Of a stretch of DNA of 64,000 nucleotides, positions 10,448 to 20,880 are shown in pieces. A program made the translations under genes and the position numbers. Every line of letters starts with the position of its first letter. Position 1 is the stretch's first letter. The stretch is from positions 91,446 to 155,445 of the forward strand of contig JAJYWQ010000064.1 of NCBI GenBank assembly GCA_021791415.1. The letters run 5' to 3'. This DNA comes from a bacterium. Lineage in GTDB: Bacteria > Chloroflexota > Dormibacteria > Aeolococcales > Bog-877. The notes beneath the pieces were generated by a model. The model was given only the letters and a program-made list of their open reading frames with translations, made no database searches and had not been told where the DNA came from.

Positions 10448-11335
10448 GTGCCCGAGGCGGAACGGCCCCTGCCCCACGCCGCCCTGCGAGCGGGCCTCAA
10501 CGTCACCGCCGGGTTACTGCACCTCCTGGGGAGCCACAGGTACCGGCTGGCGGACGCGATGGCCAACTTCGCCTTCGCGGTCCAGCCCCGACGGAGAGCC
10601 ATCACCGCCGCCAACTTCCAGAAGGTTGTGCCGGGGCTGGACCGCCGCGCCGCGCGTCAGCTGGCCGCCCGCAGCTACCGCGAGTACGCCAGGACCGGAC
10701 TGGACTTCGTGTACGTCCACCGGCTGTCGCGCCCCCGGCTCATGTCCACCTTCGTGTCCTTCGGAGCGGAGAGGCTCCTCGACCTTCGACTGCGCGGGCA
10801 GGGGGCGGTGCTGGTTCTCTTCCACCTCGGTACCTGGGACGCCGGCGGTGCTTACGCCACGGCCATCGGGCTGCCGCTCACGGTGGTGATGGCGGACGAG
10901 GGCTCCGCAGCCATCCGCGACCTGGTGGTGTGGGCGCGGTCGGAGATGGGGATGCACACCGTGCTGGCCTCGCGCTCCCCTCGGGCCGTCCTGGCGGCGC
11001 TGCGCCGGGGGGAGGTGGTGGCGCTGGTGGCCGACATTCCCGGTGACACGCCCTCGCTGGAGGTGGAGTTCCTCGGCCATCTCACCGAGATCTCCGACCT
11101 CCCCTACCGGCTGGCGCAGCACACCGGCTGCCCGCTCCTCCCGGTGGTGGCGGTGCGCAGCCCGGCCGGGGGCTACTTCATCGAGGTGCACGATGCCGTC
11201 CAGGTGGCCCCGGGGGCCGATCCCCAGAGAGCGCTCCGCCCGATGATCGAGGTCTTCGAGCGCGCGGTCCGCCGCTGGCCCGAGCAGTGGTATCCGTTTG
11301 AGAAAGGACGTCTGCGTGACCCCAGACCAGCCTGA
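10448..11335 (+). CDS. Lysophospholipid/lipid A-type acyltransferase (HtrB/PatA-like; candidate PIM acyltransferase)
   Basis: LPLAT-family architecture with an N-terminal hydrophobic segment. Sits directly upstream of a GT4 mannosyltransferase-like gene, as in the actinobacterial patA-pimA arrangement. Start is uncertain (GTG 10448 chosen; the ORF is open from 10334). Confidence 0.65.
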   Translation: MPEAERPLPHAALRAGLNVTAGLLHLLGSHRYRLADAMANFAFAVQPRRRAITAANFQKVVPGLDRRAARQLAARSYREYARTGLDFVYVHRLSRPRLMSTFVSFGAERLLDLRLRGQGAVLVLFHLGTWDAGGAYATAIGLPLTVVMADEGSAAIRDLVVWARSEMGMHTVLASRSPRAVLAALRRGEVVALVADIPGDTPSLEVEFLGHLTEISDLPYRLAQHTGCPLLPVVAVRSPAGGYFIEVHDAVQVAPGADPQRALRPMIEVFERAVRRWPEQWYPFEKGRLRDPRPA

Positions 11336-12479
11336 GGATGGGCTGCGTGTGGCCCTCCTGGGGCACGCCGGGGGGCGGCGCGCGGACGGCCTCAGCAGCT
11401 ACACGGAGCAGGTGGCGCAAGGCCTGCGCCGGAGGGGCTGCGCCGTATACCTGCACCACGCCGCCGAGGACGGCCTTCTGGTGCCGGTGGCCCCGGAGAT
11501 GGCCACCTCATGGCCCACCCTGCGATTCAAGACCGTCACCATCCCCCGCTTGGGGTTTCGCCGCCGGATGGAGACGGCCATCGCTCGGCAACGGCCCCAG
11601 GTGACCCACTGCTCGTTGAGCTTCACCCTCGCCGACGGCTGGGTGGGAAAGCTGGCCCGCCGGCACGGCTCCGCCACTGTGGCCACCTTTCACATCCCCT
11701 TCGGCGCCGAGGGCACCGCCCGGGGGGTGGTCATGCGCCAGCTGCACCGCTTCTGGCTCTCGCGGCTGGGCGCGTACCAGCGGCTGGTGGTTTTCACCGA
11801 GGGCCACCGCCAGCGGCTGCTCCGGCTGGGGGCCGAGCCTGAGCGGGTCGTCGTCGTGCCCAACGCCGTCGACGTGGACCTCTTCCGGCCGCCGCTGGGA
11901 GGTCGTCAGCACCGGAAGTCGGGCGAGCTGGTCATCGGGTACCTGGGCCGCCTGGACCCGGAGAAGGGGATCGGCGCGCTGCTGGAGGGCTTCGCCTCAG
12001 CCCAGCTGTCGCCTTCGGCCCGGCTGGTGATCGCGGGGTCGGGCACCCTCTCCCCCCTGGTCCGACGCGCGGCGGCCGCCGACCCCCGGGTGTGCTACCG
12101 GGGCCAGCTGGTGGGCGCCGCCGCGCGCGTGGCCTTCTGGCAAGATGTCGACGCCTTCTGCCTGCCCTCCACAGCCGAGGGCCTCTCGATCTCTCTGCTG
12201 GAGGCCATGGCCAGCGGCTGCGCCGTGCTGGCCACGCCGGAGGGAGGGCTGGAGGTGGCGGCCGAAGGGGGGCTGGCGATCGACCCGGTTCGCCTGGCAG
12301 CCTCCGTGGGGGAGCGGCTCAGCCAGCTGGCCCAGGCCCCCGACCTCGCCGCCTCCCTGGGGGCGGCGGCTCGCAGACGGGCCCTGGAGCACCACGGTAT
12401 AGAACCGATGATCGACCGCCTTCTGGCAATCTATCGAGATTGCATGAGGGAGCTGGCAACGCCACCGGGGACCGCGTGA
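11316..12479 (+). CDS. GT4-family glycosyltransferase (PimA-like)
   Basis: GT-B fold. C-terminal 'ISLLEAMASGCAVLAT' (EX7E-type motif). Start is uncertain (TTG 11298, GTG 11316 or GTG 11349). Confidence 0.7.
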   Translation: MTPDQPEDGLRVALLGHAGGRRADGLSSYTEQVAQGLRRRGCAVYLHHAAEDGLLVPVAPEMATSWPTLRFKTVTIPRLGFRRRMETAIARQRPQVTHCSLSFTLADGWVGKLARRHGSATVATFHIPFGAEGTARGVVMRQLHRFWLSRLGAYQRLVVFTEGHRQRLLRLGAEPERVVVVPNAVDVDLFRPPLGGRQHRKSGELVIGYLGRLDPEKGIGALLEGFASAQLSPSARLVIAGSGTLSPLVRRAAAADPRVCYRGQLVGAAARVAFWQDVDAFCLPSTAEGLSISLLEAMASGCAVLATPEGGLEVAAEGGLAIDPVRLAASVGERLSQLAQAPDLAASLGAAARRRALEHHGIEPMIDRLLAIYRDCMRELATPPGTA

Positions 12480-13357
12480 CCGCAATAGGGAACTCGAAGA
12501 CCGCCCTGGTGGTGGACAGCGGCGCCTGCCTGCCGCCGGAGCTGGCGGAGGCTTCCCAGGTGACGGTGGTGCCCATGTCCATCGAAGTGGACGGGCGCGT
12601 CCTCCGCGATGGCCTGGACATCTCCAGCGAGGAGCTGTACGCCATGCTGAGGTCGTCCGGGGCGCTCCCCAGCAGCAGCTCCCCGAGCCCGGGCGAGTAC
12701 CTTCGGGCGTTCCGGGAGGCGGCGGCGGAAAGCGTCCTCTGTCTAACCATCCCGGGGGGCTTCTCGTCCATGGTGCGCTCGGCCCGGGTGGCGGCCGAGA
12801 TGCTGCGCGACGAGCAGCCGGGCAAGAGGGTGGAGGTGATGGACACCGGCACCGCCGCCGCCGGGTTCACCCTGGTGGCCGAGGCTGCCGCCGCCGCCTG
12901 CGCGGCCGGTCTGGAGCTGGAGCAGGTGGCGGGTCATGTGGCGCGGCTGGCGGCCTCGACGCGGGTCATCGCGGCGCTGGAGACGATGCGCTTTTTGGTG
13001 CGTTCCGGGAGGGTGCCGGCGCTGGCGGGCAGGGGCAGCGACCTGCTGCGGGTGCGCCCGGTCTTCGCCTTCGTCGGCGGCGATGTCCGCCGGCTGGGGC
13101 TGGTCCAGGGCACGAAAAGGGCCCTGCGGACCGTAGTCGACTCCCTTTACGAGCAGATGCCCCGGGAGGCACCGGTGCGGCTGGCCGCCTTCTGCGGGGA
13201 CGCCGCCTCCGCAATGGAGCCACTGGTGGAGGCTCTGAGAGGGCGGTTCGGGGTCAATGAAGTTGAGCAGCTCAGCCTCACCCCGGTGATCGCCCTCCAC
13301 ACCGGCCCCGGCCTGTTCGGTGCCGCGGCCATCTGCGACCTGCCCCTCCCGGAATGA
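12476..13357 (+). CDS. DegV-family fatty-acid-binding protein
   Basis: 'TALVVDSGACLPPELA...VTVVPMSIEVDG' is a typical DegV N-terminus. GTG start overlaps the upstream stop (GTGA). The long ORF 12092..13357 in the track is an upstream read-through in another gene's territory. Confidence 0.7.
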   Translation: MTAIGNSKTALVVDSGACLPPELAEASQVTVVPMSIEVDGRVLRDGLDISSEELYAMLRSSGALPSSSSPSPGEYLRAFREAAAESVLCLTIPGGFSSMVRSARVAAEMLRDEQPGKRVEVMDTGTAAAGFTLVAEAAAAACAAGLELEQVAGHVARLAASTRVIAALETMRFLVRSGRVPALAGRGSDLLRVRPVFAFVGGDVRRLGLVQGTKRALRTVVDSLYEQMPREAPVRLAAFCGDAASAMEPLVEALRGRFGVNEVEQLSLTPVIALHTGPGLFGAAAICDLPLPE

Positions 13358-14019
13358 CCGGACCGCTCAGCGCCCCGGCGGGGGTCGCCTCCCTGTTCGC
13401 CGGTGCCTACCTCCTTGGGGGCGTGCCGGTGGGGTGGCTGGTGGGGCGCGCGGCGGGCGTGGACCTGCGCCGGGTGGGGACCGGCAAGATCGGCACCAGC
13501 AACCTCTATCGCACGGTGGGCCTGGGGCCGGCGGCGGTGGTGGGGCCGCTCCAGTTTGCCCAGGGGCTGGCGCCCGTGCTGACCGCCGACCTCCTTCGCA
13601 GCCCGAGCTGGGTCGCGGCCGGCGCCGGGCTGGCGGCGGTGATCGGCAACGGGTGGCCTTTCTACTTCCGCTACAACGGAGGCCGAGGGGTGGCCACCGC
13701 CACCGGGGCCATCGCCCTCTGGTCCTGGGTCGGCCTGGTGTGCCTGCTCGCCCTGCTGGCGGTGGGTGGTGGGATGCGGCGGAGTGGCCTCGGCGTGCTC
13801 ATGGGCTACCTCAGCCTGCCGGTGGTGCTGGCGGCCAGCCGCGATCCGCGCGCCTACCCCATCACTGCAGTTGGGGTGCTGCTGTGCCTGCTCCTGCGCC
13901 GCTTCGAGGGGTATCGTCTCTGGCCGCCGGGCCGGCGCGACCCCGGGGACGATTGGAAGCGCCGGCTGGTCGACGACTGGCGCCCCGGCCCGCAACAGGA
14001 ACAGGGCCTAAACTCGTAA
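13354..14019 (+). CDS. plsY: Glycerol-3-phosphate acyltransferase PlsY
   Basis: 'GTGKIGTSNLYR' matches the GSGNxGATN motif. Multi-TM protein. ATGA overlap with the degV-like stop. Confidence 0.8.
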   Translation: MTGPLSAPAGVASLFAGAYLLGGVPVGWLVGRAAGVDLRRVGTGKIGTSNLYRTVGLGPAAVVGPLQFAQGLAPVLTADLLRSPSWVAAGAGLAAVIGNGWPFYFRYNGGRGVATATGAIALWSWVGLVCLLALLAVGGGMRRSGLGVLMGYLSLPVVLAASRDPRAYPITAVGVLLCLLLRRFEGYRLWPPGRRDPGDDWKRRLVDDWRPGPQQEQGLNS

Positions 14020-14021
14020 AC

Positions 14022-15437
<1,416 letters not shown>

Positions 15438-15450
15438 GCGGGGCGCGGCC

Positions 15451-15993
15451 TCACCCGGTGAGCGGCTGGGGCGTCAAGAGGGTGGCCACGTACCAGCGCC
15501 CGCCGAGTTCTTGGCAGACGATCTCGGAGGAGAGACCCAGCGGCTCGTGACTCAGGAGCTCGCAGGTGTAAGGGGCCCTGGAGGTCCTCCGGTAGCACAC
15601 CTCCAGCGCCACCTCGACCTGGGCCGTGGCCCCCTGAACGCTGGTCGGGCCGATCGAGGGGGAGACCAAGCGCACCCGGTCCCGGCGCAGGGCGCCGAGC
15701 ATGGCTGCGGCACTCTGGCGGTCCTTGGGGGCGAGGTACGACTCGAGGCCGGCCTGGGAGCCAGCAGCCGCGGCCTTGAGGTAGCCGGCGACGGCGGCCT
15801 GCGGCGACGCGTGGGAGGGGGCGGGCGCCGGGTGGGACACCACCAGCCGGAGGACGGCCAGCAGGCCCAGGCCCCCAAGCGCCAGCCCCGTGAACCTCCA
15901 GTTGGCCCGCGGGGTGGGAGGCCGCAAGTAGGGCATCTGGGAGGGCTGGACCGGGAGCTCCCGGCGCTCCTCGAAGGGGGGCATGCTGCTCAT
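15451..15993 (-). CDS. Hypothetical membrane-anchored protein
   Basis: ORF with an N-terminal TM segment and non-degenerate composition. No recognisable family. Confidence 0.45.
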   Translation of the reverse strand: MSSMPPFEERRELPVQPSQMPYLRPPTPRANWRFTGLALGGLGLLAVLRLVVSHPAPAPSHASPQAAVAGYLKAAAAGSQAGLESYLAPKDRQSAAAMLGALRRDRVRLVSPSIGPTSVQGATAQVEVALEVCYRRTSRAPYTCELLSHEPLGLSSEIVCQELGGRWYVATLLTPQPLTG

Positions 15994-16245
15994 TCGAGTC
16001 TCCTAGCGTGGCAGGTCCACAGGTGGGATGTCAGCTGCGCCGAGGCGCCGGCGCCCCGGGTGGCGGCACCCAGCCCGCATGCCCGGCCACCGCGCCCCCG
16101 GTCGACTCCAGTGGAGCTGGGGAAACCAAACCGCTCCGGTGGGCGTTGCAGAGATGGGCGCGGCGCGTGAAGTGCGCCTCCCCCGCCTGGCCGGCCCCGG
16201 CACGAAGCCGGGGACCCTGGCCCCGCGCCGCGCCCAACCGACATC

Positions 16246-18384
16246 ATGCGTGAACTGAATCCCGAGTCCCGCCAGCAACCGCGCCGGGGCCGTCGGCGTG
16301 GCGGCGCCTCGGCTCGCCACAGCCGGCAGGTCATAGGCCTGGCACTCCTGGCCATGCTGGTGGCGGTGGTTGCGCTGGCGGTGCCCACGACGGCGCTGGC
16401 CCGTGCCTACAGCTCGCTTCCGCCTGCCCGGCAGCTGCCCACGGACACCCTGGTGTACGGCCAGGGCAACCAGGTGGTGGCAGACCTCCATCCCCCCGGT
16501 ACCAGCCGGATCCCGGTGCCGCTGAACCAGATCGCGCCGGCAATGCAGAAAGCGGTGGTCGCCATCGAGGACCACAGCTTCTGGACGGCTCCCAGCTTCG
16601 ATGTCGGACGGATAGTCGAGGCGGGCATCTACGACCTGCTTCATCACAGCGCCGCCCAGGGCGCCAGCACCATCCCGGAGCAGGTGGCCAAACTCCTCTA
16701 CCTCACAGACAACAAGTCGATCACCTACAAGGTCAAGGAGATCCTCTACGGCAACGAGCTCACCTCGCACCTCACCCGCAGCCAGATCCTGGACGCCTAC
16801 CTGAATGACGTCTACTTCGGACAGGGAGCGACCGGGGTCCAGGCCGCCGCCGAGACCTACTTCGGGGTGAGCGCGGCCCAGCTCACCCTCCCCGAGGCCA
16901 CCCTGCTCGCCGGCCTCCTGCCAGCACCCTCCTACCTCGACCCCTTCAGCAACATGGCGGGGGCCCGCCTCCGCCAGCAGGCCGTTGTGGCCGCCATGGT
17001 CAAATACGGAGCACTGCCAGCCCGACAGGCTGCCGGGGTGCTGGCCAAGCCGCCCGCCCTCGGCTCGGGCAGCGAAGCCCAGGTCGACAACGCGCCCTAC
17101 TTCGTCGACCAGGTGCGGGTCTGGCTGCAGCAGCACTTCGGCTCTGGGTACGCCACCATGGGACTTCGCGTCTACACCAGCCTCAACGTGGCCCTGAACG
17201 AGAGGGCGCAACAGCTGGTGACGGCCGACATCGCCCGACACCAGGCGATGCACATGACCGACGGCGCGCTGGTGGCTGAGGATCCCGCCACCGGGCAGAT
17301 CGAGGTCTGGGTCGGCGGTGCCGGGCCCAACGTGCCGGGAGGGCAGATCGACATGGCGGCGGTGCCCCGACAGCCGGGGTCGACCTTCAAGCTCTTCACA
17401 TATTCCACCGCCATCGCGGACCACAAGGTCACCATGACCACCCCGGTCCTGGACAGTCCCTACAGCCTTCCCACCGGCGGGCCCGGCGGGGGGCCGTTCG
17501 TGGTGCACGACTATGAGGGGACCTATGCCGGGGTGGTGCCCATCCAGGTGGCACTGGGAAATTCGCTCAACGTGCCGGCCGTCCGCGTCGAACTCGCCAC
17601 CGGCATCCCGCAGATCCTGTCAACCGCCCGGGCGATGGGGGTGACCACCCTCAACGGGCCTGACTCCTCGTACGGGCCGAGCATGACGCTCGGGGCCTAT
17701 CCAGTTCCCCTCTGGGAGATGGCCCAGGCAGGGTCGGTGTTCGCCTCTCAGGGAGTGCTGCACCCGGCCCACCTCGTGAACTCGGTGGAGAGCCAGACGG
17801 GGCAGGTCCTGTACCAGGCTCCGACCGCCGCCACCCAGGTTCTGCCCCCCCAGGTCGCCTACATCATGAACACCATCCTGTCCCGTAATTCCAACCGGCT
17901 CCTGGCCTTCGGGCCAGACACCCCCCTGATCCTGCGGGGGCACACGGCGGCCGTGAAAACCGGGACCTCCAACAGCTATCGGGACAACCTGGCAGTCGGC
18001 TGGACGCCGCAGTTGGTGGGGGCAGACTGGGTCGGAAACGCCAACGACGCCCCTATGTACGGGGGCGGGCTGAACGGCATCAGTGGTGCCGCTTCGCTCT
18101 GGAACCAGTTCATGGAGGCCGCCCTGGCGGGAGCTCCCAACCGGTGGTACACGCCTCCGCAGGGGCTGGTCAGCCGGACCGTGGACGGTGAGGTCGACTA
18201 CTACCTGCCGGGGACGGGGCCGTCGACCAAGGTGCTCGGTGGTGGGACCTTGACCCCGTCACCGACTCCTACGCCGACCCCGGTCGTCACGCCCAGCCCG
18301 ACCCCGACCCCCCCAGCGTCCCCCTCTCCGCCCGCTCCGCCGTCGCCTTCGGGATCCCCCCAGGCCCCCGGTCCCGGGGGCTGA
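16246..18384 (+). CDS. Class A penicillin-binding protein (glycosyltransferase + transpeptidase) with a Pro/Thr/Ser-rich C-terminal tail
   Basis: GT51 'AIEDHSFW'. Transpeptidase motifs 'GSTFKLF' (SxxK), 'GNSLNV' (SxN) and 'VKTGTS' (KTG). N-terminal TM anchor. Confidence 0.85.
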   Translation: MRELNPESRQQPRRGRRRGGASARHSRQVIGLALLAMLVAVVALAVPTTALARAYSSLPPARQLPTDTLVYGQGNQVVADLHPPGTSRIPVPLNQIAPAMQKAVVAIEDHSFWTAPSFDVGRIVEAGIYDLLHHSAAQGASTIPEQVAKLLYLTDNKSITYKVKEILYGNELTSHLTRSQILDAYLNDVYFGQGATGVQAAAETYFGVSAAQLTLPEATLLAGLLPAPSYLDPFSNMAGARLRQQAVVAAMVKYGALPARQAAGVLAKPPALGSGSEAQVDNAPYFVDQVRVWLQQHFGSGYATMGLRVYTSLNVALNERAQQLVTADIARHQAMHMTDGALVAEDPATGQIEVWVGGAGPNVPGGQIDMAAVPRQPGSTFKLFTYSTAIADHKVTMTTPVLDSPYSLPTGGPGGGPFVVHDYEGTYAGVVPIQVALGNSLNVPAVRVELATGIPQILSTARAMGVTTLNGPDSSYGPSMTLGAYPVPLWEMAQAGSVFASQGVLHPAHLVNSVESQTGQVLYQAPTAATQVLPPQVAYIMNTILSRNSNRLLAFGPDTPLILRGHTAAVKTGTSNSYRDNLAVGWTPQLVGADWVGNANDAPMYGGGLNGISGAASLWNQFMEAALAGAPNRWYTPPQGLVSRTVDGEVDYYLPGTGPSTKVLGGGTLTPSPTPTPTPVVTPSPTPTPPASPSPPAPPSPSGSPQAPGPGG

Positions 18385-18396
18385 TCGCCCGGTCCG

Positions 18397-18870
18397 TCAG
18401 GCGGTGGCGGCCTCGACGGTGGACAGGGCCCGCCGCCGGTCCGGCCGGGATTCGCGCAGGGGGGTGGTGGCCGCCAGGGCGTCCCCCACGGCCGATAGGA
18501 GCTGCCCGGAGCGGAACGGCTTCAAGAGGAAGGTGAACCCGCCCTCCTGCAGTGTGTCGCGCTGCTCCGGCTCAGGCGGGCGCGAACTGGTGAAGATCAC
18601 CGGGGTCCAGCTCCAACCCGGAGCTGAGAGCAGCCGACGGCAGAGGTCGAAAGCCCCGGCCTCGGAGATGTTCAGGTCAAGGATGGCGCAGGAGTAGGGA
18701 CCGGAGCGGGCCTGGGCGAGGGCCGAGCGCGGCGACTCCGCCTCAGCCACCTCGAATCCCAGCCGGCGCAAGATCGCTGCGGTGGCGGTGCGGGACCGGA
18801 GGTCACGGTCAGCGACCAGGATGGTCCTCGCCCCCTGGTGACGGGTGGGGACGAGGGCGGAACGGGGCAT
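18397..18870 (-). CDS. Single-domain response regulator (receiver only)
   Basis: 'ILVADRDL...ILDLNISEAG...LLKPF' is a CheY-like receiver. Start taken at the internal ATG (MPRSALV). The upstream part of the ORF is a Pro-rich artefact. Confidence 0.6.
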   Translation of the reverse strand: MPRSALVPTRHQGARTILVADRDLRSRTATAAILRRLGFEVAEAESPRSALAQARSGPYSCAILDLNISEAGAFDLCRRLLSAPGWSWTPVIFTSSRPPEPEQRDTLQEGGFTFLLKPFRSGQLLSAVGDALAATTPLRESRPDRRRALSTVEAATA

Positions 18871-18901
18871 CGGGCGCAGTCTAGGTCCCCGGGCCGGCCT
18901 G

Positions 18902-18944
18902 CTTGTGCAAGTTCCTGAAGCAGTCCGGCAAATTCCTGTAACGG
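18902..18944. promoter_or_regulatory. Locally AT-richer patch with imperfect direct repeat (AGTTCCTGAAG ... AATTCCTGTAA), upstream of the T4SS-like operon
   Basis: Stands out against ~70% GC flanks. Lies in the 150-bp divergent intergenic region between the response-regulator gene and the virD4-like gene. Confidence 0.2.
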
Positions 18945-19022
18945 CCTGGGTGCGCCCGGCCACGGCGGCGTCGCAGCCCCGACCTGCGCCCTCCGGAGGG
19001 AGCTGGCCGGACTCACCGGGCG

Positions 19023-20576
19023 GTGGAGAAGAGGCAGGAGGAGCTGCTCTGGCTGCTGGCCCCGGCCGCGGTGGTGGGCACGGCGGTGGTGGCCTCCGCG
19101 CTCCGCGGGGGGGCCCTGGGGGGGCCACCTACCGGGCCACGGCTGGCCGGCCTGGGAGCGGCCCTGGGGGTGGTCGTGACGATCGGGGCCCTCACCTGGG
19201 TGAGTCGGCCACGCACCTCCCTCCGCCCCGGATCGCTGGGGGGAGCGCGCACCGCCCGGCTTCTCGAGCTCCGTCGGCTCTGGCACGGTGGGAAGGCACG
19301 GGTCCGGTTGGGACGGGTCGGGCCGGTGATCGTCCGCCTGCCGGAGGATGAGCACCTGCTGGTGCTAGGCCCCACCGGGTCGGGCAAGTCCAGCTCGCTG
19401 GCGATTCCCGCGATCCTGGAGTGGCCCGGCCCGGTGGTGGTCACCGACCCGAAGGGGGAGCTGCTGGCCCGGACCCTGGCGGCGCGGGAGCGGCGGGGCC
19501 CAGCCGCAGTCTTCGCTCCCCTCATGGAGCCCGGGGACGGCTGGAACCCGGTGAGCTCCATCACCAGCTCGGACGACGCCCTGCGCAGCGCTGGCTTCCT
19601 GCTCGGCCGTCCGCCGGACCGCGAGCCCTTCTGGCACGACCTGGCGCTTCAGCTGCTGCACGGGCTGCTGGTGGAGGCCGCCAGCGCCGGCCTCACCCTG
19701 AGTGACATCCTCGCCCTCCTTCAGCAGGTCCCGGCCGAGGAGGTGGCCGAGGAGCTCAGTCACCCGCTGGCCCGGCAGCTGGTCCAGGGTGCCCTGAGCG
19801 GCGGGGACCGGACCGCCATGGGCGTCGTCGCCACCCTGGTGTCCAAATTGGGGGTGTTCGGCAGCGATCAGGTGGCGCACACCACGGCCCGGAGCACCTT
19901 CGATCCACGCTGGCTGGCGAGTGGCCGGTTGAACAGCCTCTACTGCGTGGTCAGCCCCACTGACGCCCCGCTGGTGCGGGGGCTGCTGAGCGCCCTGCTG
20001 TCCGCCTGCTGGCGGGCGGTGTACGCCAGTCCGCCGCCGCTCCCGGTGCTCTTCGTCCTGGACGAGTTCGCTCAGCTGACGGCCCTGCCCGAGCTGCCCT
20101 CGCTGGTGCAGCTGGGCCGCACCCAGGGGGTGCGGATGGTGCTTCTGGCCCAGGACCTCGCCTCGATCTCGGCCCTGTACGGGGCGGAGGCGGTGACCGC
20201 CCTCTGGGCCAACTGCCGGACCAAACTCCTTCTCCCCGGCATCTCGGAGGTGGATCTGCTGGAACGCGCCAGCCGGCTGGTGGGCTCCGCCACCCTGCAC
20301 TCCGCGGAAGGTGGCCACCCGTTGCAGGCCCATCCGTACCTGCCTCCGGACGGGATCAGGCGGCTGCGGCAAGGGCGCGCCCTGATCCTCCGTGCGAGCG
20401 ACCATCCGGCACTGGTACGCCAGCTTCCCTGGTACTCCGACCGCCGGATGCGGGCGGCTGCCGCCGCCGGCACCCCTGACGAGCGCTTGCCCAGAGCGGC
20501 GACGGGACGCCCCATCACCATCGCACAGGGGCCCCGGCCGATCGCCTGGGCGCAGCCACGAGGTGGGGCCCGTTGA
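19023..20576 (+). CDS. Type IV secretion coupling protein (VirD4/TraG family ATPase)
   Basis: N-terminal TM helices. Walker A 'LVLGPTGSGKSSSLAIP'. 'VVTDPKGEL' motif. Walker B 'VLFVLDEFAQL'. 'GRTQGVRMVLLAQDLASI' is the TraG/VirD4 C-terminal hallmark. GTG start. Confidence 0.8.
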   Translation: MEKRQEELLWLLAPAAVVGTAVVASALRGGALGGPPTGPRLAGLGAALGVVVTIGALTWVSRPRTSLRPGSLGGARTARLLELRRLWHGGKARVRLGRVGPVIVRLPEDEHLLVLGPTGSGKSSSLAIPAILEWPGPVVVTDPKGELLARTLAARERRGPAAVFAPLMEPGDGWNPVSSITSSDDALRSAGFLLGRPPDREPFWHDLALQLLHGLLVEAASAGLTLSDILALLQQVPAEEVAEELSHPLARQLVQGALSGGDRTAMGVVATLVSKLGVFGSDQVAHTTARSTFDPRWLASGRLNSLYCVVSPTDAPLVRGLLSALLSACWRAVYASPPPLPVLFVLDEFAQLTALPELPSLVQLGRTQGVRMVLLAQDLASISALYGAEAVTALWANCRTKLLLPGISEVDLLERASRLVGSATLHSAEGGHPLQAHPYLPPDGIRRLRQGRALILRASDHPALVRQLPWYSDRRMRAAAAAGTPDERLPRAATGRPITIAQGPRPIAWAQPRGGAR

Positions 20577-20860
20577 CCGAGCTGACAACCTTTGCGACCG
20601 GCCTGAACAACCTCATCCACACGGTGACCACCCTGGCCCTGGGGGCGGTGGCGGTCCTTTGCCTCAGCTTCGCGGCGATCCGCTACATGACCTCACTCGA
20701 CAACAGCCAGCGCCGGGCGGCCGCCATCCAGGGTCTGGTGACCGTCCTCCTGGGCGTTCTCCTGCTGGTGAACGAGGGGGCCATCCTGACCTTCGTCGAG
20801 GGGCTGACCGGCAGCAACACCGCCTGCGCGACCGCAACCTGTTCGGCGAGCGGCCCCTGA
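20573..20860 (+). CDS. Small two-TM membrane protein, TrbC/VirB2 pilin-like (set A)
   Basis: 95 aa with two hydrophobic helices. TTG start overlaps the virD4-like stop (TTGA). A paralogous gene sits at 39943. The assignment is by architecture and context only. Confidence 0.5.
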   Translation: MTELTTFATGLNNLIHTVTTLALGAVAVLCLSFAAIRYMTSLDNSQRRAAAIQGLVTVLLGVLLLVNEGAILTFVEGLTGSNTACATATCSASGP

Positions 20861-20880
20861 GGAGGCGTTCCGCGGCTGCG

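Noticed and set aside
16003-17508. 501-aa minus-strand ORF
   Set aside because: Antisense to the class A PBP gene, which carries all canonical PBP motifs.
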